Positions 8,825 to 20,815 of a DNA stretch of 55,259 bases are shown one piece after another. The translations under genes and the position numbers were made by a program. Source of the stretch: Neisseria sp. (GTDB lineage Bacteria; Pseudomonadota; Gammaproteobacteria; Burkholderiales; Neisseriaceae); assembly GCA_030532645.1 (NCBI GenBank), contig JAUNKU010000001.1, positions 1-55,259 on the forward strand. Reading direction: 5' to 3'. Under the pieces are notes generated by a model, which was not told the DNA's origin, made no database searches, and saw only the letters and a list, made by a program, of their open reading frames with translations. How positions within the stretch are numbered: the stretch's first letter is position 1; the number at the start of each line of letters is the position of its first letter.

Positions 8825-10864
8825 ATGACGCCCGACACGAAAAAACAGCTCAAAATCACCGATACTGCGGCGAAAAAGCTGGAAAAACTGAATCTGCACA
8901 CTGCGTGGGACGTGGTGCTGCACCTGCCTTTGCGCTACGAAGACGAAACGCATATCACGCCGATTGCCGATGCGCCTTTCGGCGTGCCGTGCCAAGTGGA
9001 AGGCGAAGTGCTGCATCAGGAAGTACAGTTCCGCCCGCGCAAACAGCTGATTGTGCAAATCGGCGATGCGGCGGGCAATGTGCTGTTTCTGCGGTTTATC
9101 CACTTTTATCCCAGCCATCAGAAACAGCTTGCAGTGGGCAAACGCATCCGCGCGGTCGGCGAAATCAAACGCGGTTTCTACGGCGACGAGATGATTCACC
9201 CGAAAATCCGCGAAGCCGAAGGACGCGGCTTGGCCGAAAGCCTGACGCCGGTTTACCCGACCGTAAACGGCCTCAACCAGCCGACGCTTCGGCGCATTGT
9301 TCAGACGGCCTTGGAAGCCGTTCCGCTGACCGACACGCTGCCGGAAGCCTTATTAGGCCGTCTGAAACTGCCGCCTTTGGCCGAAAGCCTGCGCCTGCTG
9401 CACGCGCCGCCGCCCGAGTTGAGCATACGCCGCCTGTCGGACGGCGCACTGCCCGCCTGGCAGCGTTTGAAGTTTGACGAATTGCTGGCCCAGCAGCTTT
9501 CAATGCGTTTGGCGCGGCAGAAACGAATGAGCGGCACGGCGCAAGTGTTGCGCGGCACGGGCAAACTGAGCGGCGCACTGGAAGCCGTACTGCCCTTCTC
9601 ACTGACCGCCGCCCAACAGCGCGTGCTGGCGGAAATCCGCGCCGATATGGCTGCGCCGCACCCGATGCACCGCCTGCTGCAAGGCGATGTCGGCAGCGGC
9701 AAAACCATTGTCGCCGCACTTTCTGCGCTCACTGCCGTGGAAGCCGGTTTCCAAGTGGCCGTAATGGCGCCGACCGAAATTCTTGCCGAGCAGCATTACA
9801 TCAAGTTCAAGCAATGGTGCGAACCGCTCGGCTTGACGGTAGCGTGGCTCTCCGGCAGCCAGCGCAAAAAGGAAAAAGATGCCGTCAAAGCCGCACTTTC
9901 AGACGGCCTTGCGCCGATTGCAGTCGGTACGCACGCGCTGTTTCAAGACGATGTACAGTTTCACAATTTGGGCTTGGTGATTGTGGACGAACAACACCGC
10001 TTCGGCGTAGCGCAGCGGCTGGCCTTGAAAAACAAAGGGCAAGACGTTCACCAGTTGATGATGTCGGCCACCCCGATTCCGCGCACGCTGGCAATGAGCT
10101 TTTTCGCCGATTTGGACGTTTCCGTCATCGACGAGCTGCCGCCGAACCGCACGCCGATTAAAACGCGCTTGGTCAACAGCGCACGGCGCAGCGAAGTGGA
10201 AGGTTTCGTGCTGAACACCTGTCGCAGCGGACAGCAGGCGTATTGGGTATGCCCGCTGATTGAAGAAAGCGAAACGCTGCAACTGCAAACCGCCGTGGAA
10301 ACGCAAGAAGCCTTGCAGGCTGCACTGCCGGAGCTGAGCATCGGCTTGGTACACGGCAAAATGAAAGCCGCCGAAAAAGCCGCCGTGATGGCCGAATTTT
10401 CCGCAGGCCGTCTGAATGTTCTGGTGGCAACTACTGTGATTGAAGTCGGCGTGGACGTACCCAACGCCAGCCTGATGGTCATCGAACACGCCGAAAGAAT
10501 GGGCTTGGCGCAGCTGCACCAGCTACGCGGCCGCGTCGGGCGCGGTGCGGCGGCCAGCACCTGCATTCTGCTGTTTACCGACCCTTTGGGCGAAGTGGCC
10601 AAAGCACGGCTGAAAGTGATTTACGAAAACACCGACGGCTTTGAAATCGCCCGTCAAGACCTCAATATCCGCGGCCCCGGCGAATTTCTCGGCGCACGCC
10701 AAAGCGGCGTACCGATGCTGCGCTTTGCCGATTTGCAGGAAGACACCGCCTTATTGGAACAGGCGCGCGATATTGCGCCGCAGCTGATTGAAGAAATGCC
10801 GGAAGTGGTGGCAAATCATTTGGAAAGATGGCTTTCCAGTCGGGAAGGATATTTGGGCGTTTGA
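8825..10864 (+). CDS. recG: ATP-dependent DNA helicase RecG
   Basis: QGDVGSGKT, DEQHRFG, SATPIPRT and QLRGRVGRG motifs with the N-terminal wedge domain. Contains 4 DUS. Confidence 0.97.
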   Translation: MTPDTKKQLKITDTAAKKLEKLNLHTAWDVVLHLPLRYEDETHITPIADAPFGVPCQVEGEVLHQEVQFRPRKQLIVQIGDAAGNVLFLRFIHFYPSHQKQLAVGKRIRAVGEIKRGFYGDEMIHPKIREAEGRGLAESLTPVYPTVNGLNQPTLRRIVQTALEAVPLTDTLPEALLGRLKLPPLAESLRLLHAPPPELSIRRLSDGALPAWQRLKFDELLAQQLSMRLARQKRMSGTAQVLRGTGKLSGALEAVLPFSLTAAQQRVLAEIRADMAAPHPMHRLLQGDVGSGKTIVAALSALTAVEAGFQVAVMAPTEILAEQHYIKFKQWCEPLGLTVAWLSGSQRKKEKDAVKAALSDGLAPIAVGTHALFQDDVQFHNLGLVIVDEQHRFGVAQRLALKNKGQDVHQLMMSATPIPRTLAMSFFADLDVSVIDELPPNRTPIKTRLVNSARRSEVEGFVLNTCRSGQQAYWVCPLIEESETLQLQTAVETQEALQAALPELSIGLVHGKMKAAEKAAVMAEFSAGRLNVLVATTVIEVGVDVPNASLMVIEHAERMGLAQLHQLRGRVGRGAAASTCILLFTDPLGEVAKARLKVIYENTDGFEIARQDLNIRGPGEFLGARQSGVPMLRFADLQEDTALLEQARDIAPQLIEEMPEVVANHLERWLSSREGYLGV

Positions 10865-10899
10865 GAAAAGGCCGTCTGAAAAACGGACTTAAAGAAACC

Positions 10900-10977
10900 G
10901 TAGACTGGGCTTCAGCCCAGCAAATACAGTGTTTGAAAATCCGGCATTTTTTTTTGCTGGGCTGAAGCCCAGCCTAC
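10900..10977. repeat. REPIN-like doublet of GTAG-type REPs
   Basis: GTAGACTGGGCTTCAGCCCAGCAAA 10900-10924 and inverted TTTGCTGGGCTGAAGCCCAGCCTAC 10953-10977 (one mismatch). Each unit is itself palindromic. Confidence 0.85.
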
Positions 10978-10998
10978 AAGCTGCCGCTCCAAACAGAA

Positions 10999-11029
10999 AG
11001 ATACTCGGGTCAAGCCCGAGTATGACGAA
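10999..11029 (-). repeat. CGTC-type REP singlet
   Basis: Reverse complement is identical over 31 nt to 8110-8140. Confidence 0.88.
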
Positions 11030-11059
11030 CGGGTTTGAATAATTGGAACGGCTGATTCA

Positions 11060-11290
11060 AAGCAGCCCGTCCGCTGGCGCAGCCGAACGGAGCGGCATTT
11101 TGGCGGAAAAAAGCGTTCCTGTGTTTGAGCAGCGCGAAGCGGTGCGAGTTGAACGCGCCGCCAAAATGTTGCGGAGTGAGGGAAGTTTGCGCAGCAAACC
11201 TGCAACCGCGGTCGCCTTTCTTTGCTTACTTTCTTTGGCGAAGCAAAGAAAGTAAGACGCCGCGCGGCGGTGGAGCGCAAAGCCTGACAC
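11060..11290 (+). other. Structured non-coding element (repeat, MITE-like or ncRNA) of unknown function
   Basis: 15-bp helix 11092-11106/11158-11172 with two G-U pairs on the + strand, inner GCGTTC/GAACGC helix, hairpin 11185-11199, and a perfect 13-bp hairpin 11225-11256. Boundaries are approximate. Confidence 0.6.
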
Positions 11291-11316
11291 ACCCATAACG
11301 TTTATTTAACGCACAA

Positions 11317-11392
11317 AGGCCGTCTGAAAAACGATAATCGTATTTTCAGACGGCCTCAAACCAAAACGGACGGGAAAAATCCCATCCGTTTT
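11317..11392. terminator. Composite terminator: inverted DUS pair plus AAAACGGA(C)GGGA hairpin
   Basis: DUS 11317-11328/11345-11356 and hairpin 11363-11392, just downstream of the minus-strand permease. Confidence 0.7.
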
Positions 11393-11409
11393 ATATCTAA
11401 ATCCGGCAA

Positions 11410-12159
11410 TCAGCGATGGCCGCGGATACTGTATTTTTTCTCCAACCAAGAGAACAGCCAGCTCAAACAAATCGTCATCGCCAAATAAATCAGCGCGATG
11501 GTGTAAAGCGGCTCTTCGTAAATCGAATAGCGGCCGGAAATGGTTTTCTGTACATAAGCCAGCTCGGCTACGGCGATGGCAGACAGCAGCGAGCTGTCTT
11601 TCAACAGCGTGATAAACTCGTTGGCCAGCGGTGGCAGCATACGGCGGATGGCCTGCGGCAGAATCACGAAACGCATTGCCTGCGGATAAGTCAGGCCGAG
11701 CGAACGGGCGGCTTCCATTTGGCCGCGGTCGATAGATTGGATACCGGCGCGGAAAATTTCGGTCATATATGCACCGGCATTTACCGTCAAAGCCAATGTA
11801 CCGGCAATCAGCGCGCCGTGGCTGCGGCGCAGCTCAACCGCCGCTTCACCGCTGACCAGCCAGCCGTCTACCGGATTAATCAACGCCACCGCCCACACGA
11901 AGTACCAGATAAAAATCTGCACAAACAAAGGCGTACCGCGGAACAGGGTAACATACAGCAGGGAAATGCCGCGCATCAGCGAGGCGATGCCTTTAATCAG
12001 AAAGCCGCCTTTTTCAAAACGGACGATACGCATCAGCGCGCCGATCAGGCCCAGCACAGTACCGCCGAGTGTCGCAATAAAGGTCAGACCGAGCGTGGTC
12101 AATGCGCCGGTCAGGAACATCTCCCGATATTCGTAAATAATGTCGAAACGGAAACTCAT
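11410..12159 (-). CDS. Polar amino acid ABC transporter permease (His/Glu/Gln/Arg family)
   Basis: FRGTPLFVQ, AYMTEIFRAGIQSIDRGQMEAARSLG (EAA motif) and LLKDSSL. Confidence 0.92.
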   Translation of the reverse strand: MSFRFDIIYEYREMFLTGALTTLGLTFIATLGGTVLGLIGALMRIVRFEKGGFLIKGIASLMRGISLLYVTLFRGTPLFVQIFIWYFVWAVALINPVDGWLVSGEAAVELRRSHGALIAGTLALTVNAGAYMTEIFRAGIQSIDRGQMEAARSLGLTYPQAMRFVILPQAIRRMLPPLANEFITLLKDSSLLSAIAVAELAYVQKTISGRYSIYEEPLYTIALIYLAMTICLSWLFSWLEKKYSIRGHR

Positions 12160-12287
12160 ACAATCGTTTTCTGTAAATTTATCTGCGCCGCGCTTGCAAA
12201 GAAGGCGGCACGCGGAAAAAAGTTAATCGCGTATTTTACAAGAAAAAACACTTCTTGCGGGCTTTAATTTACAGTTTTTTCACAGCA

Positions 12288-12330
12288 AGGCCGTCTGAAA
12301 GCGGGCGGCGGCGGCATTTTCAGACGGCCT
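12288..12330. repeat. Inverted AG-DUS pair in the divergent promoter region of permease/ribF
   Basis: 12288-12299 and 12319-12330. Confidence 0.8.
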
Positions 12331-12345
12331 TGCCGCGTTCGGCGG

Positions 12346-12374
12346 TTTATCAAGCCGAAGAATCTGTTTACAAT
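12346..12374 (+). promoter_or_regulatory. Putative sigma70 promoter of ribF
   Basis: TTTATC-N17-TACAAT about 40 nt upstream of the ATG. Confidence 0.45.
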
Positions 12375-12415
12375 ACTGCCCTTTTATCTCCCACAAATCC
12401 TTACGGCGGCAGGAA

Positions 12416-13345
12416 ATGACGAACACTTGGCTGGGCACGCAGGCGATGCCCGTATCGGCGGCTTCGGCAGTCAGCATCGGCAACTTCGACGGCGTCCACA
12501 GCGGGCACCGCCGCATTTTGCAGCGTCTGCGCGAAGAAGCGGATGCACGCGGCCTGAAAACCACGGTTATCGTGTTCGAGCCACAGCCGAACGAATTTTT
12601 TGCCCGCAAACACGGCCGAGAAGCGGTGGCGCGCCTCACGCCACTGCGCGACAAGCTCTCACTGCTGCGCCAAACCGGCTGCGCCGACAATATCTGGGTG
12701 TTGCGTTTTAACCACCATTTTTCCCAACTGCCGCCCGAAACATTTATCCGCGACTTTCTGATCGAGCGGCTCGGCACGCGCTATCTTTTGGTCGGCGACG
12801 ACTTCCGTTTCGGCAAAGACCGTGCCGGCGGTTTCGAGCTTTTGGCCGCGCAGCCGGAGTTTGTTACCGAACGCACACCAAGCATTCTGATTGCCGGCGA
12901 ACGCGCCAGCAGCACCGCCGTGCGCCAAGCATTGGCCGAAGGCCGTCTGAAAAATGCCGAACAGATTTTGGGACACGGCTATGCCCTCAGCGGCCGCGTG
13001 AAACACGGCAAAAAACTCGGCCGCACGCTGGGCGTGCCGACTGCCAACGTCCATCTGCCGCCACACCGCTACGCACCCAACGGCGTGTTTGTCGTCAGCG
13101 CCGAAAGCCGTTTCGGGCAGCACGCAGGCGTAGCCAGCTTCGGCGTAAACCCGACAACGGATTTGGGTTTGCAGCAAAAATTGGAAGTGCATCTTTTGGA
13201 CTTTAACGGCGATTTGTACCGCGAACGGCTGACCGTACGCTTTCTGCACAAATTGCGCGACGAAGCCGCATTCGACAGTTTAGACGCGCTGAAAGAGCAG
13301 ATTTTTGCCGATATCCAAGCCGCGCGTGCGTTTCACCGTTTGTGA
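12416..13345 (+). CDS. ribF: Bifunctional riboflavin kinase / FAD synthetase
   Basis: IGNFDGVHSGH, VGDDFRFG, GRTLGVPTAN and LEVHLLDF motifs. Confidence 0.96.
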   Translation: MTNTWLGTQAMPVSAASAVSIGNFDGVHSGHRRILQRLREEADARGLKTTVIVFEPQPNEFFARKHGREAVARLTPLRDKLSLLRQTGCADNIWVLRFNHHFSQLPPETFIRDFLIERLGTRYLLVGDDFRFGKDRAGGFELLAAQPEFVTERTPSILIAGERASSTAVRQALAEGRLKNAEQILGHGYALSGRVKHGKKLGRTLGVPTANVHLPPHRYAPNGVFVVSAESRFGQHAGVASFGVNPTTDLGLQQKLEVHLLDFNGDLYRERLTVRFLHKLRDEAAFDSLDALKEQIFADIQAARAFHRL

Positions 13346-13356
13346 TTTTTCCCGGG

Positions 13357-13384
13357 AAAGGCCGTTTTTCAGACGGCCTTTTTT
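13357..13384 (+). terminator. Intrinsic terminator after ribF
   Basis: AAAGGCCGT...ACGGCCTTT stem built on a DUS, followed by a T-run. Confidence 0.7.
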
Positions 13385-13419
13385 GTTATCCGCATAACCG
13401 TCCGCCATTCCGACCACGC

Positions 13420-13448
13420 CGCCATACTCGGGTCTGCCCCGAGTATCT
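13420..13448 (+). repeat. Diverged CGTC-type REP copy
   Basis: CGCCATACTCGGGTCTGCCCCGAGTATCT versus CGTCATACTCGGGCTTGACCCGAGTATCT at 8112-8140. Confidence 0.75.
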
Positions 13449-13524
13449 TCCCCGTCAAGACAGACCAACCCAGCGGTCCGTTCGCCCGAAATCCCAACCA
13501 ATGCCCTTTTCCACCGCAAAACCC

Positions 13525-13553
13525 TTAAACAAAGCGCCCGATTCCGTTACAAT
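13525..13553 (+). promoter_or_regulatory. Putative sigma70 promoter of ileS
   Basis: TTAAAC-N17-TACAAT, with the -10 enclosed by the inverted repeat AAAGCGCCC/GGGTGCTTT. Confidence 0.45.
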
Positions 13554-13756
13554 GGGTGCTTTACTGTTTTTTACTTTGCCGCTGCCGTTTGCGCCCGATG
13601 TTTCTGCTGATTTTTCGCGTGCAAACCGCATTTTCAGACGGCCACGAACCTCAAAGGCCGTCTGAAAAACGCTGCTTTCTGCGAAGTTGGAACGCAGCTT
13701 CAACAAAGTGAAACCACCTTGGGCGGCAAAGCCCTCCGCGAACACGAGAACACGAT

Positions 13757-16543
<2,787 letters not shown>

Positions 16544-16570
16544 GCACTCCGCCTGATTGCAGGCGTAAAA

Positions 16571-16725
16571 AGGCCGTCTGAAAACGCTGCTGTTTTCAGA
16601 CGGCCTTTATTTTGATTGGCTGTTTTCGATTTACCGTTCACCCAACCAACAATAGATCGCAAGACGATAATCAGCAATGCGGGCACTAAAATGCCGTCTG
16701 AAAACCTGACGTTTTCAGACGGCAT
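16571..16725. terminator. Two DUS hairpins (AG-DUS pair 16571-16606, AT-DUS pair 16691-16725) between convergent ileS and miaB
   Basis: Read directly. One hairpin lies after each gene. Confidence 0.75.
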
Positions 16726-16740
16726 CTTGATACGGGAAAT

Positions 16741-18060
16741 TTACACCAACTCACCGCGCAGTGAGAAAGTAAACGCCTCAGTGATTTCCAAATCCACCAT
16801 TTGGTTAATCAGCTCAGGGCTGCCGGTAAAGTTTACAACACGGTTGTTCGCCGTACGCGCCTGTAATTGGTCAGGGTCTTTTTTCGACACGCCTTCCACC
16901 AAGCAACGCTGCACCGTACCAAGCATGGTTTGGTTGATACGGGCCGTTTCCGCTTCAATCACTTCATTCAAAGCCTCCAAACGGCGCACTTTTTCTTCGT
17001 GCGGCGTATCGTCCGGCAAATTGGCCGCAGGCGTGCCGGGACGCGGACTGTAAATAAAGACAAAGCTCAAATCAAAGGCAATATCTTTAACCAGTTTCAA
17101 AGTCTGCTCAAATTCGCGCTCGGTTTCGCCGGGGAAGCCGACAATAAAATCGGAGCTCAGGCACAAATCCGGACGGATAGCGCGCAGCTTGCGGATAATC
17201 GATTTGTATTCCAAGGCGGTATAGCCGCGCTTCATCGCGCTCAATACGCGGTCGGAACCGCTTTGAATCGGCAGATGCAGATGCGAAACCAATTTAGGCA
17301 AATCGCGGTAACATTCGATAATCGCATCAGAAAACTCGCGCGGGTGGCTGGTGGTAAAACGCATACGCTCGATACCGGGAATTTCGTGGACAATCCGCAG
17401 CAAAGTTGCGAAATCACATTCGCCGCCGTCATCCATCGCACCGCGGTAAGCGTTCACATTCTGGCCGAGCAAATTGATTTCTTTTACGCCCTGCTGCGCC
17501 AAATTGGCAATCTCGGTCAGCACATCATTGAGCGGACGGGAAAATTCTTCGCCGCGCGTATAAGGCACCACGCAGAACGAGCAGTATTTCGAACAGCCTT
17601 CCATAATGGAAACAAAGGCCGACCCGCCGTCCACACGCGCAGGCGGCAAGTGGTCGAATTTCTCGATTTCAGGAAAAGAAATATCCACTTGCGACAAGCC
17701 GGAAGTTTCTTTATCCACAATCATTTGCGGCAAACGGTGCAAAGTTTGCGGACCGAACACCACATCTACATAAGGCGCGCGTTTGACGATTTCTTCCCCC
17801 TCTTGCGAAGCCACGCAGCCGCCCACGCCGATAATCAGATTGGGATTTTTGTTTTTCAGATTTTTCACGCGGCCCAAATCGGAAAACACTTTTTCTTGCG
17901 CCTTCTCGCGCACCGAGCAGGTATTGAAGAGAATAATGTCGGCTTCATCAGGCTCGGAAACCTGCATCAGCTCATCGCCTTCCGACAATACAGACAGCAT
18001 TTTTTCGCTGTCATATTCATTCATTTGACAGCCGAAAGTGCGGATAAATACTTTTTTCAT
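16741..18060 (-). CDS. miaB: tRNA-2-methylthio-N6-dimethylallyladenosine synthase
   Basis: [11 protein letters not shown], radical [11 protein letters not shown], and a C-terminal TRAM domain. Confidence 0.97.
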   Translation of the reverse strand: MKKVFIRTFGCQMNEYDSEKMLSVLSEGDELMQVSEPDEADIILFNTCSVREKAQEKVFSDLGRVKNLKNKNPNLIIGVGGCVASQEGEEIVKRAPYVDVVFGPQTLHRLPQMIVDKETSGLSQVDISFPEIEKFDHLPPARVDGGSAFVSIMEGCSKYCSFCVVPYTRGEEFSRPLNDVLTEIANLAQQGVKEINLLGQNVNAYRGAMDDGGECDFATLLRIVHEIPGIERMRFTTSHPREFSDAIIECYRDLPKLVSHLHLPIQSGSDRVLSAMKRGYTALEYKSIIRKLRAIRPDLCLSSDFIVGFPGETEREFEQTLKLVKDIAFDLSFVFIYSPRPGTPAANLPDDTPHEEKVRRLEALNEVIEAETARINQTMLGTVQRCLVEGVSKKDPDQLQARTANNRVVNFTGSPELINQMVDLEITEAFTFSLRGELV

Positions 18061-18122
18061 AGTTTGGTTCTTTCGTTCAGGTTGCCCGTAATTGCGGGGC
18101 TGATATTAGACGGAAAGCGCGG

Positions 18123-18151
18123 ATTATAGCGGAAGCAGCCCATAAAACCAA
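18123..18151 (-). promoter_or_regulatory. Putative sigma70 promoter of miaB
   Basis: TTGGTT-N17-TATAAT on the minus strand. Confidence 0.55.
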
Positions 18152-18269
18152 ATTGCTTCAAACTTTTAGCAGAAACAGCGCTTATCCTACCCAAACGCTT
18201 AGGCTGTTTTATAGCCTCATTCCTATTTATTCTGGCAAGAACAAGCAGTAACGCTTTTCTCTATAACAA

Positions 18270-18349
18270 AGGCCGTCTGAAAACAGAGGGCAAGCCCCGT
18301 TTTCAGACGGCCTTCAATAAAAAACAAGCCGGTCAAACCGGCCTGTCTT
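18270..18349 (-). terminator. Alpha-operon terminator (hairpin 18319-18349) followed by a DUS hairpin (18270-18313)
   Basis: Minus strand AAGACAGGCCGG-TTTGA-CCGGCTTGTTTTTT right after the rplQ stop. Confidence 0.78.
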
Positions 18350-18359
18350 ATGCTTTTCC

Positions 18360-18728
18360 TTATTCGGCAGCAGCTTTGTCCACCAACTCAACCAGAGCCA
18401 GAGGCGCATTGTCGCCTTTACGGAAACCGTATTTCAAAATACGGATGTAGCCACCGTTGCGGGCAGCAAAACGCGGACCCAAGTCGCCGAACAGTTTAAC
18501 CACTACATCGCGGTCGCGAGTGCGGTTAAACGCCAAACGGCGGTTAGCCAAAGAAGGTTTTTTGCCCAGAGTGATCAAAGGCTCAACCACTTTACGCAAT
18601 TCTTTTGCTTTTGGCAGCGTAGTAACGATGGTTTCATGGGTCAACAAAGAGTTGGCCATATTACGCAACATTGCAGCGCGGTGGCTGCTGGTGCGGTTCA
18701 ATTTACGATTACCATTACGATGACGCAT
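18360..18728 (-). CDS. rplQ: 50S ribosomal protein L17
   Basis: [17 protein letters not shown] and position after rpoA. Confidence 0.98.
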   Translation of the reverse strand: MRHRNGNRKLNRTSSHRAAMLRNMANSLLTHETIVTTLPKAKELRKVVEPLITLGKKPSLANRRLAFNRTRDRDVVVKLFGDLGPRFAARNGGYIRILKYGFRKGDNAPLALVELVDKAAAE

Positions 18729-18753
18729 GTCATTATCCTTTAATGTTCAAACT

Positions 18754-19737
18754 TTAAGGCTTTTCCAAGCCGGCAGGCGGCCAAGCTTCCAGTTTCGATC
18801 CCAGTGTCAGGCCTTTGGAAGCCAAAACTTCCTTAATCTCGTTCAGAGATTTGCGGCCCAAATTCGGCGTTTTCAACAATTCTGTTTCAGTACGCTGGAT
18901 CAAATCACCAATATAATAAATATCTTCAGCTTTCAGGCAGTTAGCCGAACGCACGGTTAATTCCAAATCATCTACCGGACGCAACAGAATCGGATCGATA
19001 GGAGGCGCTTTTTCTTCCACCTCTTCTACCGGCGTACCCTGCAAGTCGGCAAAAATAGACATTTGGTCAATTAAGATACGTGCTGCACTGCGGACAGCTT
19101 CTTCCGGATCCAACGAGCCGTCGGTTTCGATATCCAAAACCAAACGGTCGAGGTCGGTACGCTGCTCCACACGGGCAGGTTCAACTTCAAAGCTAACTCG
19201 GCTGATGGGCGAAAAGCTCGCATCCAATTGAATGGCACCGATACGGTTCTCGTCGCGGACAGAACGGCGGCCGGAAACGGTTTGATAACCACGACCCTGC
19301 TCAACCTTAATTTCCATCTCGATGTTGCCGTTATCAGCCAAATGGCAGATAACGTGGTTAGGATTCACAATCTCAACATCGTGCGGCAATTCGATATCGC
19401 CTGCCAACACAGCACCTGCGCCTGATTTTTTCAAAGTCAGGCGCGCCTCGCTGCGGCTGTGCAGTTTGAATACGATACCCTTGATGTTCAACAAAATATC
19501 TACAACATCTTCTTGAACACCATCCAAAGTAGAGTATTCGTGCAACACACCTTCAATCGCAACTTCGGTCGGTGCAAAACCATTCATGGACGACAGTAAG
19601 ATACGGCGCAAAGCATTACCTAAGGTATGACCGAAACCACGCTCAAACGGCTGCATCGATACTTTGGCGCGGGTTGCAGACAAAGTATCCACATCGATTT
19701 GACGCGGTTTCAAAAATTCGGAAGTGCTGTTTTGCAT
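18754..19737 (-). CDS. rpoA: RNA polymerase subunit alpha
   Basis: [21 protein letters not shown] and [12 protein letters not shown]. Confidence 0.99.
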   Translation of the reverse strand: MQNSTSEFLKPRQIDVDTLSATRAKVSMQPFERGFGHTLGNALRRILLSSMNGFAPTEVAIEGVLHEYSTLDGVQEDVVDILLNIKGIVFKLHSRSEARLTLKKSGAGAVLAGDIELPHDVEIVNPNHVICHLADNGNIEMEIKVEQGRGYQTVSGRRSVRDENRIGAIQLDASFSPISRVSFEVEPARVEQRTDLDRLVLDIETDGSLDPEEAVRSAARILIDQMSIFADLQGTPVEEVEEKAPPIDPILLRPVDDLELTVRSANCLKAEDIYYIGDLIQRTETELLKTPNLGRKSLNEIKEVLASKGLTLGSKLEAWPPAGLEKP

Positions 19738-19762
19738 TTAACTGTCCCTCACTGAGCTAGTA

Positions 19763-20383
19763 TTATTTAGAGTAGAACTCAACCACCAGCTGTTCATTAA
19801 TATCGCCAGACAATTCTGAGCGATCCGGCATATTTTTGAATACGCCTTCCAATTTGGTTGCATCAACAGATACCCAGCTCGGCATACCGATTTGAGCAGC
19901 CAAACCCAAAGCTTCTTGGATACGAACCTGTTTTTTGGCTTTTTCGCGGATAGCAACAACATCACCGGCTTTCACTTGGAAAGAAGGGATATTTACAACT
20001 TGACCATTAACGGTAATGGCTTTGTGCGATACCAGTTGGCGTGCTTCTGCACGGGTAGAGCCGAAGCCCATACGGTATACGACATTGTCCAAACGGGATT
20101 CCAACAATTGCAGCAGCAATTCGCCGGTCGAACCTTTACGACGGGCAGCTTCTGCAAAGTAACGGCGGAATTGACGCTCCAATACGCCGTAGATGCGGCG
20201 GATTTTTTGTTTTTCGCGCAATTGCAGACCGTAGTCAGACAAGCGTGGCTTTTTCGCGCCGTGCTGGCCTGGGGCAGAATCCATCTTACATTTAGATTCC
20301 AAAGAGCGACGAGCACTCTTCAAGAACAAATCAGTGCCTTCGCGGCGAGCTAATTTACATTTAGGGCCGGTGTAACGTGCCAT
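19763..20383 (-). CDS. rpsD: 30S ribosomal protein S4
   Basis: [16 protein letters not shown] and [11 protein letters not shown]. Confidence 0.99.
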   Translation of the reverse strand: MARYTGPKCKLARREGTDLFLKSARRSLESKCKMDSAPGQHGAKKPRLSDYGLQLREKQKIRRIYGVLERQFRRYFAEAARRKGSTGELLLQLLESRLDNVVYRMGFGSTRAEARQLVSHKAITVNGQVVNIPSFQVKAGDVVAIREKAKKQVRIQEALGLAAQIGMPSWVSVDATKLEGVFKNMPDRSELSGDINEQLVVEFYSK

Positions 20384-20401
20384 GTCTCAATCACTCCAAA
20401 A

Positions 20402-20797
20402 TTAAATACGACGTTTTTTAGGCGGACGGCAACCGTTGTGAGGCAACGGGGTAACGTCGGTAATGCTGGTAATCTTGAAACCAAGAGCGTTGAGCGCACG
20501 TACAGAAGATTCGCGACCAGGACCCGGGCCTTTGATGCGGACTTCTAAATTTTTAACGCCATACTCTTGGGCAACTTTACCAGCTGCTTCTGCTGCAACC
20601 TGTGCAGCAAACGGTGTACTTTTACGAGAACCTTTAAAACCAGCGCCGCCAGAGGTAGCCCAAGACAATGCATTGCCTTGACGGTCGGTGATAGTAATGA
20701 TGGTATTGTTGAAAGATGCATGAACATGCACGATACCTTCACTTACGGTTTTGCGTACTTTTTTACGTACACGCGAGGCTGTGTTTGCTTTAGCCAT
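20402..20797 (-). CDS. rpsK: 30S ribosomal protein S11
   Basis: HVHASFNNT and [15 protein letters not shown] at 20797. Confidence 0.98.
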
Positions 20798-20815
20798 CAA
20801 TTTAATCCTTTAAAA

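Noticed and set aside
10947-10955. T9 run as a phase-variation tract
   Set aside because: It is intergenic, inside a REPIN spacer. I saw no long poly-G/C tract in pglC or pglD either.
10912-11296. ORFs 10912-11292, 11043-11255 and 11057-11296 as proteins
   Set aside because: They are translations of palindromic repeats with no recognisable domain. The same SSYSGLTRVS peptide appears in the equally spurious ORF 8018-8794.
13552-13665. 37-aa upstream ORF as an ileS attenuator peptide
   Set aside because: Its ATG overlaps the predicted -10, it has no RBS and only one Ile codon, and it ends inside a DUS.
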